A DNA stretch of 64,000 bases from Azolla caroliniana (lineage: Eukaryota; Plantae; Polypodiophyta), in the NCBI GenBank assembly GCA_043228905.1, contig JBHGNT010000021.1:10292001-10356000 (forward strand), given 5' to 3'. The notes beneath the pieces are model-generated. The model had not been told where the DNA came from, ran no database searches, and saw only the letters and a program-made list of their open reading frames with translations. The position numbers were made by a program, and so were the translations under genes. How positions within the stretch are numbered: the first letter of the stretch is position 1; each line of letters starts with the position of its first letter. This document shows positions 51,975 through 64,000 of this stretch, one piece after another.

Positions 51975-54556
51975 TGTAAAGATTAACGGGTGGAAGCTAA
52001 ATAGAACTCAACTGTCTTAGCCTGAGAGCAACAGAAAACATAGAAAAACAATGGAAGAACACACAGAACGCAGGAGAGACAAAGAGAGAGTAGAAACGTA
52101 AAAACTTGAATCAAAATAATATTCTCTGTACAAACAAATTTTTTTAGGGAGAACTTTTATACAAGTCCTTAAAGGATTGACAGAAGTATTGACAAGTACT
52201 TCAATGCTCATAACTAAGCTACTGACACTAACTCCCAAACAATATAACTACCTACTCAACTACGATTGTAGGTCTCTAATGGCCTACTGGCTCTCTTATC
52301 CGATCCGGCTCTCCCGAATCAAACTCCTCGATCGAATCAACTATCTCTGATTCATTCCCGCTCTTGTTTGAATTGGCTGTCTCCAATTTGTCCTCCTTCT
52401 TCAAGCCCTTGATGACATCCGACCATGTCTTGGTCTTGGTCTTTTTCTTTCGATCTACTCTATCGCCTTTGTCGCCTGGTCTGGCTCTACGGGATGTTTC
52501 GACTTCCTAAGTCGATTTGGCTTCTTCCTCAGACTCATTAACTTTGTTTCCCTCTCCAGCTACCCGACAACCTGTATTTCTCCCCCTCAAGTGCGGCACG
52601 TCGAGGTGCTCGATGCCAAGCATCTTCGAAAAGTGTTGTAACTTGTCCATCCAAGGGCCTTGGTGAAAATGTCGGTAACATGTCAATCGGTTCGAACATA
52701 CCGGAGTTCGACTTCACCACTCAGGACCCACTCGCGTGAAAAGTGATAATGCACTTCTATGTGCTTTGTACAAGCATGGAATACCGGATTCTTCGTCAAC
52801 TGCATGCTACTGATGTTGTTGTAGTAGATCAGGATAAGAGAACTTGCAGATCATGCAACAGCCACCGGAGCCATATTGCCTCGCAAGTAGCGATGGTGGC
52901 TCCTCTATACTCAACTTTGGTGCTTGACAATGCCACTATTGGCTGCTTTTTGCTACTTTACGCCATAGCCACGCTCCCAATGGAGAACATGAAACTTCAT
53001 GTCGACTATCGATTCATGGCAACTCCGGCCTAGTCAAGATAAGTATGGCCGACTAGCTATTCGTTATGCTATGCCGGTACAGTAGTCCTTGATCCTTCCT
53101 ACCACTCACATATCGCAATATTCGATGTGCGCACTAAAGGTGCTCGAATATCAGTTTCTGTATGAACTGACTTATCACGCCAACCAGATAGCTAAGATCG
53201 GGTCGGGTGATAGTTAGATATATTAGGCTCCCAACAATTTTCCGGAACCGTTTCTTATCGCAGGTTGCTCCAAAGTCAAGACGAAGCTGCAGGTTTCTGT
53301 CGAGAGTAGTAGAGACGGATCAACACTCCGTCATCCCGAACTAGTACAACATATTCAAGACATAGTGTGTTTGAGTGAGCAATATGCCATCCGGGGTGTG
53401 GATCACTTTGATTCTGAGGAAGTAGTGAAGGTCCCCCAGGTCCTTCATCTCAAATGCATCTGACAATTGGGACTTGACATGGCTGATTTCAGCAAGGTCG
53501 GGACTGGTAATGACTAGGTCATCCACATACAACAATATGCACACCAGGCCTTTTAGACCTTTCCAGACGAATCTAAGTGACGAGTAGGACTTCGAGACTG
53601 CAAACCCCATCTTACGCAACCGATGCGTGATTTTCGAGTTCCAAGCATGGGGGGCTTGCTTCAGGCAGTAAAGCGACTTCTTTAGTCGGCATACCACCAG
53701 CTTGTTCAATTCCGATTGCAAACCAGGGGGTTGGACCATAAATACCTTCTCTTCAAGGTCGCCTGAACTCTTGAGGTCTATCTTCACTTCAGTTGGTGTC
53801 GCATTCTCCCTAATCTGATGCACCTTTGTTTATGCCGTACTCCGACATCTTCATCTTCCCCTTCTCTTTGCATGTATATTGTCTCCTCAGTTCCTTGCAC
53901 GAGGAGTGCATTTCCAAGTCTTCACTGCTCGCCGACTCTTTATTCACCTGGTCATTCCAACTAAGCTCTTCATTCGGGCCACTCATCCGGAATGAAATCG
54001 GACTCTCGCCTAGAGTGTCAATATCTTCTTCTTTTTCCCGAATCATCTCAGCCTCACTAGCATCATCCTCAATAATCGCCATGGAGTCGACGGGAGTTGA
54101 AGACGGAAGAGAATACCAGGACACCGACTCGTCGAACACGACATCTCAGCTTACTCGCACCTGTTTGGTTGGGGGGTTGTAGCACTTGTACCCCTTCTGT
54201 TCATGTGAGTATCCGATCAAGATGCACTTCTCTGCTTTAGCGTCCACCTTCTTCCACTTCTCATCCGGCACATGCACATATGCAATGCTACCGAATACTC
54301 TCAAATGTTTCAAATTCGACTTTTGCCCGAAATATCTCACGTGCTGACATTGTCTCTCTAGTTGTAGTAATCCAATTTTGTATATATACAGACATCTGAG
54401 CGGCTTCGGCCTAGTAAAACTTGAGCATGCTCTTCTCCTCCAGCATTGTACGTGCTGCTTCCACAATTGACTAGTTCTTCCTTTCGGGTACACCGTTCTG
54501 CTCTGACATATATCTGCAAGTGAGTTCACATTGAATTCCCATCTGTTGCAGATAAA
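51975..54556 (-). mobile_element. Decayed Ty1/Copia (INT, RT, RNase H, 3' LTR), related to 5447-10763, with an internal deletion
   Basis: KAEKCILIGYSHEQKGYKCYNP, LYVDDLVIT, EMKDLGDLHYFL. LTR-like sequence at ~51975-52300 shares ACAAGTCCT...TACTTCAATGCTCA with the 772-1214 LTR. Boundaries approximate. Confidence 0.82.
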
Positions 54557-56846
54557 AGTTTGTTAGGAATATGTCCTTCCTCTAGGAGGAGCCGACTGTT
54601 TGGCTGAGTAAGAGCCGACAGTCGAAGACAAGGAGAGTCAATTAAGGGAGAGCCGACTAAGGGAGTTGACAATAGAGGTCCAAGTCGAAGACAAGACCGA
54701 CTAGTTGGGCCGACCTGATGGTCGACGACAAGGCCGACTAGTCATGTCAACTGGGCAGTCGACATAGGAGTTGGTTAGTCGAATCGACTAGTCGACCAAT
54801 CGACTGATTAACTGCTATTGTTATTACTATAATAATAGGAATGATAGTAGTAGCGGTTACATTTGTAAACAGCCCATACGGTGTATAAGTATAAATACAC
54901 CTAGGGGAAACTTTATGGTGATGATGTAGATTAGAGTTTTTGTAGTTGTGAGTGGCAGAGAATGTGAAGAGGAGAGAAAGAAAGAGCGTGAGCAGCGCCA
55001 TAGCTGTGTAACAGCAAACGCCAAGAGCCTTGTGTCGCTGATACACTCTATATAGGAGAGTGTTGTAACCTATTCTCCCTTTGTACATCTCTGATATATA
55101 GTGGAAGACCTATTCTCCCGCGGTTTTTTCCCTTCTTTAGGGTTTCCATGTTAAACACTGTGAATTTTGTGTATTTGTTGTTTTTTGCCCTCTGTATATA
55201 CATTTTGACACCTCTTTCTCAACTGTCTTCGACCTATTTCCTATCAAACTGATATCAGAGAGACAGGTGAGAGATGGAAGGAGGTGTGAGTGGCTACCTA
55301 GGAATGATGGTCATGAACTCACACAACTACGCAGGCTGGTGTCACGAACACATCAACCATAGACTCGGAGGGAGCACAGATGATGGGGCTACAAGCGTGG
55401 AACTTAAGAAGCTGGGAACGCCACAAGAGCATTAAGAGCTGGGATGGATGACAAGGCTACGACCGATAAGTGGAATTGGAAGTGACAAGGCTAGGAACTC
55501 TAGAAGTTGTGGGTGACAAGACTAGGAACTCTAGAAGTTGTGGGTGACAAGACTATGAACATAGGAAGCTAGGGTTAAATGGAGCGCATGAAGACAAATA
55601 TGAAGATGAAGGAGACAATATGGCATGAAATGAGAAGACTAGATTGATGTGGCAATAACTGGAGTTGAATCCCCTTAAAAGGACCAAGGAGGTTACAAGT
55701 ATTTATACAATTTCCAATATTGAATATTGCTAGAATATACCCGAGAAATATCTCTAGAATATACCCATCTAGAATATACTGTACAATATTTCTAGAATAT
55801 ACTAACAATTAGAATATTTTGATTCAGAAATGTAGTATATGCTAGACTATACAATACTAAATAATTATATACAAATACATGCTCATGTCAAAATGGTTGA
55901 GCCTGATATCTTGTTGATGTGAGATATACTAACACCAATGGGCAATGGAGTGCAGGTGAAGCAACTGACTTGACTTCTTCTATCATGAGAGGGTAAATAG
56001 TCAAAGTTGACCCAAAATATAGCACTAGCGAGAAACCGACATGATCCCCACCAAGAAAGTGAGTGGTTGTGACCCCCACTGGAACTAGAAGGTGAGTGAT
56101 CGAAATCGATCCTAATCAAAAGAAAGTGAAGCAAAATGTGGACCAAAATGAAAATGGAGTGCAAGCGAGCAATGATTCAATCCCCACCAAGAAAGTGAGC
56201 GGTTGTAACCCCCATCGGAACTGTGAAGGTGAGTAATCGAAATCAATCCTCGCCAAAGGAAAGTGGAGTGAAACTTGAACTGTAATGAAAATGGAGTGCA
56301 AGAGAGCAATGATTCGATCCCCACCAGGAAAGTGAGCGGTTGTAACCCCCACTGAAACTATAATGGTGAGCGATCGAAAAGCGATCCTCGCCAAAATCGT
56401 AATGCAAAATGATGCCTATAGATGATGACAATGACAATGAAGAGGGTGGACCAATGATGATAATGAAAGACCATGCAAAGTAGTGTTGATGATAATGAAA
56501 GGTTGGGTGAAGTAGCATTTGATAAAGATAACAAGAGGTGTTGAAAATGATGATGTACAAGACAAGGCAACAAACACATGATGATGAGGAAGCATTTCTA
56601 AAACCTAGGATGTTGATGATGGTAACTCTAGAAGCAAGCATTGTGACTATGGTAACTCTAGAAGCAAGGGCGATGACAAAGACAAGTGATGCTTCCAGTT
56701 GGAAGGAATTCAAACTATCATGGACACACCAAACATGGACTATGATGGAGCATGGATGACAAGGCTATGACTGATAACTGGAACCAGAAGTGACAAGGCT
56801 AGGAACTCTAGAAGTTGTGAGCGGCAAGACTATGAACATAGGGAAC

Positions 56847-57116
56847 TGACAGGAACACACGCTCCCAATGAACAACGCTCGGCCACAACCGAGCCTAGGA
56901 TAAAACACAGAAAACGGATAATGAACGCATGACACAGTGAAGAGAAGAGTACACAAGATGTTAACGTGGAAAACCCAAACTAGGGAAAAACCATGGCAGC
57001 CCACAGACCGCAAACTATCACTATATCAGAATGTACAATAGTAGAGCACCGAGGCAACGACCTCGAGCTTGCTGTCTACGCCACAGGCGGCGGTTATAAC
57101 AAAGGCAACGACCTCT

Positions 57117-57165
<49 letters not shown>

Positions 57166-57667
57166 CACTGTTACGCGCTCTAATCTTGCACCAACAAGAA
57201 TGACAACAACATAATCACTAAGTTTTCCCTAAGTCATATTTATACTAATATGACTTTTCGGCTATTTACAAATATAGCCCCGATGGACTCTCAGAAACAT
57301 ATTTTCGAATATGTCCCTTCATCCGGTGAGCACTCCTCACCGGGCCTGCATCATCCGGCGCTTTCCGGGTACTCCTCATCCGGTTCTCACCAGGCTCTTC
57401 CGTTTCCGGGTACTCCTCATCCAGTTCTCACCGGGTCTTCCGTTTCCGGGTACTCCTCATCCGGTTCTCACCGGGTCTTCCGTAGCCGGGTACTCCTCAT
57501 CCGGTTCTCACCGGGTCTTCCGTTTTCGGGTACTCTTCATCCGGTTCTCACCGGGTCTTCCGTAGCCGGGTACTCCTCATCCGGTTCTCACCGGGTCTTC
57601 CGTTTTCGGTTACTCTTCATCCGGTTCTCACCAGGTCATCCCATCCGGAGGGACCTGTTTCCTAACA
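56847..57667 (-). mobile_element. Solo LTR with exact TSD GGAAC
   Basis: TGACAGG...CCTAACA flanked by GGAAC on both sides. Shares CTCGGTTGTGGCCGAGC and GAGCTCGAGGTCGTTGCCTC (minus strand) with the 34013/38497 LTRs. Confidence 0.9.
57345..57640. repeat. 40-bp tandem repeat (~7 copies) inside the solo LTR
   Basis: CCGGTTCTCA (one copy CCAGTTCTCA) recurs at 57381, 57421, 57461, 57501, 57541, 57581, 57621. Confidence 0.93.
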
Positions 57668-58554
57668 GGAACTAAGGTTAACTTGAGAGCATGAAGATGA
57701 ATATGAAGATCAAGGAGACAAAATGGGGTGAAACGAGAATACTAGATTGATGTGTCAATGACTGGAGTTGAATCCCCTTAAAGGGACCAAGGAGGTTACA
57801 AGTATTTATACAAGTTCTGAGATTGAATATCTCTAGAATATACTCGAGAAATATCTCTAGAATATACCCATCTAGAATATACCATACAATATTTCTAGAA
57901 TATAATAACAACTAGAATATTTTGATTCTGAAATGTATTATATGCTAGACTATACTATACTAAATAATTATATACAAATACATGCTCATGTCAAGATGGT
58001 TGAGCATGATATCTTGTTGATGTGAGGTTGCGGGTTCAATCCTCACCAACTATGTATTTGATGTCATTGTGTCGTGACAACCAGAAGAGCAAGATGGAAT
58101 ATCTTCTCATTGTCAAAGATCTATTCAAGCCCACATTGTGGAGCACATTCATGGGGTATGTGAATCAAGTTGTTGCAGCCAAGTTTCCCCATCCTACTAC
58201 TGTGTACCCTGTCTAGGAGAACCTAGTGGTGACACTCAGCACCTCGTGTCAGGAAGAGAACTTGTCCCTACTAGTGGTAAAGACAAGAATCTTGAACAAG
58301 GAGACGAGGTGGAAGGACAAGGGTGTCCTGCCCCAAGCAAATGCGAATGTGTCACAACATTCAGACAGAGGAAGAAACCGGCAAAGAAGTCCATAAAGAA
58401 GGGAAAAGTCTCATGCCAGATCCAAGTCCAAAGGTAAGGTAACATGCTTTTACTATGGAAAATGTGGACACTTCCAAAAGGACCGTCAACATCTCAAGAA
58501 GGACAAGGGATTCACAAAGGATGTTGAACCCAGAAACATTTCCAAGGAGAAGGG

Positions 58555-58629
58555 TGTCTGGAATAGTACTAAGACAGAGAGGGAATTAGTACTAAAAGAT
58601 GAGGATTAGTATTAAGTGGGGTAACTCTC

Positions 58630-58669
<40 letters not shown>

Positions 58670-58955
58670 TGATAACAAAAGATATATATTATATGAAGAG
58701 AATTTACAGGAATAGCTAGGAGGCTTAAGACTAGTGTTGAACCGATTTGGTTCTTAATAATGCCATGTGGCTTTTTATAGTGGCTTAGGAATACTCTTGA
58801 CATTTCTAGAATGTTCCAAAGAAATCTAGAATATACATGGATTTCCTAAGTGAAATAATAAATGGAAATAATATTTTTTGTATTACAATGTATAGCTTAA
58901 TGGTAAAGCTTCAACCTATGTGACACAAGGTCATGGGTTCAAATCCTTTTGAAGC
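58555..58955. repeat. LTR-like segment ending in a tRNA-like cassette
   Basis: Starts TGTCTGG where the Copia gag stops. (GA)n. TAGCTTAATGGT at 58893 and GGTTCAAATCC at 58936. Confidence 0.5.
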
Positions 58956-58959
58956 CACT

Positions 58960-61900
58960 TAGATGGAGGACCTAGCTTGTCGGGATATTGCTGATGAAAG
59001 TCCTCAACAAGAGCTCAAGCATTTACCAAATTCTCGACTGGTTCCCAAGCATGCTCGCTTGGACCATAGCCTAGCCAATTGACCAAATAGTAGAGCTTGT
59101 TGCGAACAATCTTGGAATCAAGGATGGCAGCTACTTTGTACTCCGGTCTTGCTTTAAGCTCGATCAGGGGTGGAGGTGGTGTTGTCTTGATACAGTTCAA
59201 GAAGAGAAATATGAAACACCGGATGTATCCGTAGTTGCAGAGGTAGATCGAGACAAAAAGTGACATCATTAATTTTTCCGATTATACGGAAAGGACCTAA
59301 TCGTCGATAATCCAATTTATCTCATGCGCGAGAAGACTTGATGTGTCGTCGTAATAGCCATACCCGATCCTTAATGTTAAAACTGAATGGAAGTCGATGA
59401 CGATCCACATAATCCTTCTATGTTTGTTGAGTTTGTTGTAAATGAGTAGATCAGTCTGCCTGTATCTTGTATTGCCGCTCTAAACGATCCTTTGCACAAG
59501 GATTTGTGGGTAACTCTAGAGTTTCGAATACACACCACCGAGGATGATAGCTTGTATAAGCATAAAATGGTGTAACCCTAGTTGATGAGTGGACAGAGTT
59601 ATTATATGCAAATTCGGAAAGTGGAGAATATCCGCCCAATCATCTTGTTGGTAGCTTAGAAAACATTGAAGTTATTGTTCCAACGTTTGATTTGTTCCTT
59701 CTTCTTGTCCAATTGTTTGCGGGTGGTAGCCAGAGGAGAGGTTATAACTAACCTTGAGCATTTTGAAAAGATGCTTCCAGAATTTCGAAATGAATTGGTG
59801 TCCACGGTCGTTGATGATACTATTGGGGAGGCCATGATGCCAACATACCTCACGCATGAATATGTCGGAGGTTTCTTCACTAGTGATTTCCTTAGTACAA
59901 GACAAAAAATGTGTCATCTTTGTATATTGATCTACTACTGTTAAGATCGCTTCGAATCCCTTTGAAACTGGAAGATCTGTGATGAAATCTAGAGAAATGG
60001 ATTACCATAGCTTCCTTGGAATTGGTAATGGTTCCAATAAACAATATGGATTATGTCTTGGCATCTTTGCTCTGCAACATGTATCACATGTCCGAACATA
60101 GTCTTTGACAAATCGTCGCATACGAGGCCACTAGAATGATCGTTGTAATAAATCCAACATTTTAGTACTACCGAAATGCCCCGTTGTATATGTCATGATA
60201 ATTTTGGACAACTCAAAGGTGACAAGAACCATTAGGAACATACAAGAGTTTCTTAAAGAATAGTAATCCATCATGGCATTTGAATTGTCGATAGTCCATA
60301 CCTGGTTATTGCGACTGTGAACAAGATGCCCGAGAGGGATCAATTTGTGCTAGAATGTCTTGAGCGAAAGCGTCTGTCTTCAAGTCTTCATGTATGGTAT
60401 CGATAATGTGGGAATCCAATGGTGTATTGAAAACCCACGTTGCTTGCAATCGTGCCGATCCTAGGATTTACTTGCTTTCGATTATCGAATGTTGGCTGAT
60501 TGGGATGCGGTGCTAGATAAGAGCATCGTGATAACACATCTGCCTTCCCTTGCTGCTTCCCAGGACGATATGTAGATTTGAAGTTGAAACGAGTGAGGAA
60601 TTGGGTCCACCGAGCTTGACAACGATTTAATACACGAGCATTCTCGAAGTAGGCAAGATTTTTGTGATCACTGAATACGGTAACTTGATGAGAAGATCTC
60701 TCTAAAACATGCCTCCATTGTGTAAAAGACTCCACTATTGCTAATAGCTCCTTATCATGTATTTCGTAGTTGATTTTGGCAGCGTCAAACTTGCGTGAGT
60801 GGAAAGCCACAGGATGTAGCTTTTCATCATTGCCTTGTTGTGACAAAATGCTACCCAGGGCGATATCTGACGCATCTGCCTCAATGATGAATGGTTTTTT
60901 CGGATCAACATGAGCTAGAATAGGAGCTGATTTAAATGCTTTCTTAAGACTCAAAAAATCCGTGTCCACTTCTTTAGACCAAACAAACGATTGCCCCTTC
61001 TTGGTAAGTTGTGTGAGAGGCAGAATTAGCTTTGAGTAATCCTGTATAAACTTGCGGTAGAAATTGGCGAAGCCTAAAAAGCATTGCACATCTCGCAACG
61101 AACGTGGAGTGTGCCACTCTACCACAATTTTGACCTTAGCTGGATCCATAGAGATGCCTTCTGAGGAGATGACATAGCCTAGAAATTCCACCTGGTTGCA
61201 CTCAAAACTACATTTTTCTAGTTTTGCATAAAGGCCATGTTCTCGAAGTTGTTTTAGTACTAATAGTACATGAGAATCATGTTCTTTTTGAGTCTTCGAA
61301 TAAACCAGTAGATCATCCAAATAGATGATCAAACAAATATCCAAGAGATCTTGGAATATGTCATGTGCTAGAAGACTGTTGGCGCATTAGTGAGACCGAA
61401 TGACATAACCGTATATTCGAAGTGCCCATATCTGGTGCGAAATGTGGTCTTCCATACATCTCTTGGTCAGATCTGTACGAGGTTATATGCTCCATGTAAG
61501 TCGATCTTTGTGAAGAACTTTGCACCATTGATCCATTCTAAAAGACTCGAGATAAGGGGAAGTCTGTACCCATTCCTGATGGTGACCTTATTCAAGCGAC
61601 GGTAATCTACGACGAGACGAAGTGATCCATCCATTTTCTTTACAAAGAAAATGGGTGCACCGGCTGGAGATTTAAAATGTCTAATGAAACCATTTGCCAA
61701 ATTCTCCTCTATGTAGGCTCGAAGGACTTCTAGCTTGGTTAGTGACAAGTTGTAGATTGGTCCCCATGGTGGCTCTTTTCCTGGTTGTAAATCAATGGGA
61801 CAATCATACGGTCAGTGGTGCGGAAGTGTACTGGCTTCTACCTTATCGAACATGTCGACATACTCTAGAAGTTGAACCATGGATTCCTCTTTAGTGGTGT

Positions 61901-63140
61901 TGGAAGGTTTTACTGATAATGCGAAGACAAACATTGCTTCCTTGCGTCCTTCCTCATGCAATTGATGTAGCGAAATGGTTGCAATACTATGAGTAGGTTC
62001 TTGGGTTTGTCGATACTGGATTTCTCTTGTTCTCCAATCTATGTCTGGGTTATGTAATTCGAACCATGGTAACCCCAAGACAATTGGATGATTTGGACTA
62101 CAAATTATATTAAATGATACTACATACACCAAAGTATCTAGGACAACTTGAATCGACTCTGACTCTTCAACGATATTTCCGGAAGCAATGGGACAACCAT
62201 CAATAACTACTATAAATCCTAGGCAAGAAAGTTTTGTTAGGGATATTTGATGAGCTTAGGCAAAATTTCAATCCATGAAGCAAGAGTTGGCTCCGGAGTC
62301 TAAGAGGGCTAGGACATGTACTGGAGGAGTACTTTTAGTACTAACCATTACTTGAGCTAAGAACACATTGCTAACTTGCTTAGAGGGAATGGAACCACTA
62401 ATGGGCTGCACAGATCTAGCATGGCTATCCAACCAAACGGCTCCTATTTTGGCTAGGCTTAGTCGTTTAACTCTTCTTCTAATTGACCAAGGACTTCAAA
62501 TTTGTTTGATAAATTTGGGCTATTAGTACTATTAGAACTATCAGAAATTTATAATGAAATAGACTCGGGTTTAGTACAAGCTACTACTTGATTTACTTGT
62601 CTTCTTGGCCTATGTGGACAGTTTACTATGATATGCCCTGGCTAATGGATAGTTTACTTGTTTTTTTTCTTACGACAATGGACCATGACGACATGTGGTG
62701 TCGATTTCCATCGGTGTTGGAGTATTTTCCGGAGATGCATTGTATGACTCCCTTGCAAATGGTTTTGCTGCGACCGAGGTGTATGTGGGCTCCGACCTGG
62801 TCCTTGGCATTTGTGATTGGCGTTCCGAACGTCGCTCGAAAAGCCAGTTATCGCATCTTCCCGCTCGATTGATAGCCTCTGTGAGAGATTTTGGTTCTTC
62901 AAGGAAAGTCGGGAGTAAGTCTTTGACATCATTTCGTCGGCTGTATCGAAATTGTTCCATTAATGCTTGATCATCCCAGGGGATATCAAAGGCGAGTAGG
63001 CAGAAATCTACAACGTATGCGGAGGTTGGATGATCACCTTGACGTAATCGTTGGATTTTTTTGATTGCCGTCATTATGCTATCAGTATATCAAAAACAAG
63101 TTTTAAAGTCGCTTATAAACTCCTCAAAATTATTTAGTAA
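58960..63140 (-). mobile_element. Decayed Gypsy chromovirus (Tcn1-like): gag, PR, RT, RNase H, INT, chromodomain
   Basis: PTPMEID gag, [66 protein letters not shown], chromodomain EYKVAAILDSK...YLVNWLGYGPSEHAWEP. Confidence 0.92.
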
Positions 63141-63141
63141 T

Positions 63142-64000
63142 TATTAGAGATCTAGGTACTAAAGTAAGCTTAAGATAAGGATAAAATAATGATAGATAGA
63201 AAGGAGAAAGAGAAAGAAGGGTGCCGATCCACCCGACCACCCCCGAGCGAAGGGATCGAGACGGACTCGAGCCTCGATCGGCATCCCATACCACCGCCGT
63301 GGCGTCGAGTCATACCTGGTGCTGGCACACTCGCTACAAGAGTTGACCCACCACAAGAGTAGAGTCTCGATGTAGTCAAAAGATGATCAAATGAGGGTAG
63401 CTAGGCCTCTTATTTATAGCGATACCCAAGGCCCCCAGGCAAGTTCACACTTGACCTAATGGGTTGTCTCAATCCCGAGGATTAAAAGTAATCCTCCCCT
63501 TCTTTACACTCTCGTTTAACCCTCACACTTATCCACGTGTATAGAATACTACGGTAAATTCTCACCACGGGATATTATATGGTCATGCCGGTAACATACT
63601 CCCCCTCTTTAAAACATTGCACTCTTGCAATGGAAAGTTAGGGAAGTTAGTTCTAAGAGTATTTTCGCGTTCCCATGTGGCTTCTTTTATTGATTTATCC
63701 ATCCATTTTATTTTAAATTCTCGGATTTCTTTTGTACGTAAATTTTTTGTTTTAACATCGAGAATTCTTTTTGGTACATGTGGTTTAGAAGATAATTCTT
63801 CAGAAGTAACCAGAGTTTCAGTTGTGACTGTATTGTCGCGAGAACCTAGAAGTTCTTTTAGACGACTCACATGAAAGACTGGATGAATTCCAACACCATC
63901 GGGAAGAGCGAGATGATAGGCTGATGACCCAATGCGTTTGAGGACTGTAAAAGGTCCACAAAACCGTGGGGCTAACTTAGCGCACTTACCCGTAGACAAT
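63142..64000 (-). mobile_element. 3' end of another Gypsy chromovirus (INT C-terminus, chromodomain, PPT, 3' LTR ~63142-63596)
   Basis: KLAPRFCGPF...IHPVFHVSRLK...IKW....EATWE. PPT AAAGAGGGGGAGTA followed by TGTTACC at 63596 (minus strand). Confidence 0.88.

Larger units (their letters stand above)
55340..58079. mobile_element. Non-coding LTR-type element with two direct repeats (55340-~55925; ~56716-58079), TRIM-like or deletion derivative
   Basis: Termini TGTCACGA...TCGTGACA. 55480-55925 is repeated at 56770-56846 plus 57668-58025. The ~0.8-kb internal part has three ~137-bp repeats (56043, 56180, 56316). Confidence 0.65.
54561..58554 (+). mobile_element. Copia 5' LTR (54561-55246), PBS and gag, interrupted by a nested element
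   Basis: TGTTAGG...CCTATCA, PBS TGATATCAGAG at 55250. gag MEGGVSG...NSHNYAGW (55274) resumes at ~58085 KSKMEYLLIVKDL, with a CFYYGKCGHFQKD knuckle. Confidence 0.75.

Noticed and set aside
57250-57675. 141-aa repetitive ORF
   Set aside because: Translation of the 40-bp LTR tandem repeat. The unit is not a multiple of three.

Overview
Repeat-dense eukaryotic nuclear DNA, most likely from a non-seed land plant. A fern is suggested by the PLS-type PPR remnant, the Tcn1-like chromoviruses and the (CT)n-rich LTRs, but this is inference. Most of the window is nested, mostly decayed transposable elements: several Ty1/Copia copies (one full-length at 5447-10763 with an exact ACAAT TSD), Ty3/Gypsy copies, solo LTRs, two LINEs stacked in one (CT)n tract, and a hAT remnant. 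The only intact host-like genes are two tandemly duplicated RALF-like secreted peptide genes (43749-43985, 48815-49069), which have almost no basic residues. The most unusual object is a candidate two-gene DNA transposon (~4819-17420). It carries a Sola-like/DUF7869-type DDD transposase on the minus strand and, divergently, an intron-containing ParB/Srx-like gene. Between them lies an array of 23-bp palindromes (AACTCGATAC-N3-GTATCGAGTT), four of them at a 32-bp period. tRNA-like A-box/B-box cassettes also recur inside several LTR-like sequences. Family names come from motif recognition by eye, not from database searches.
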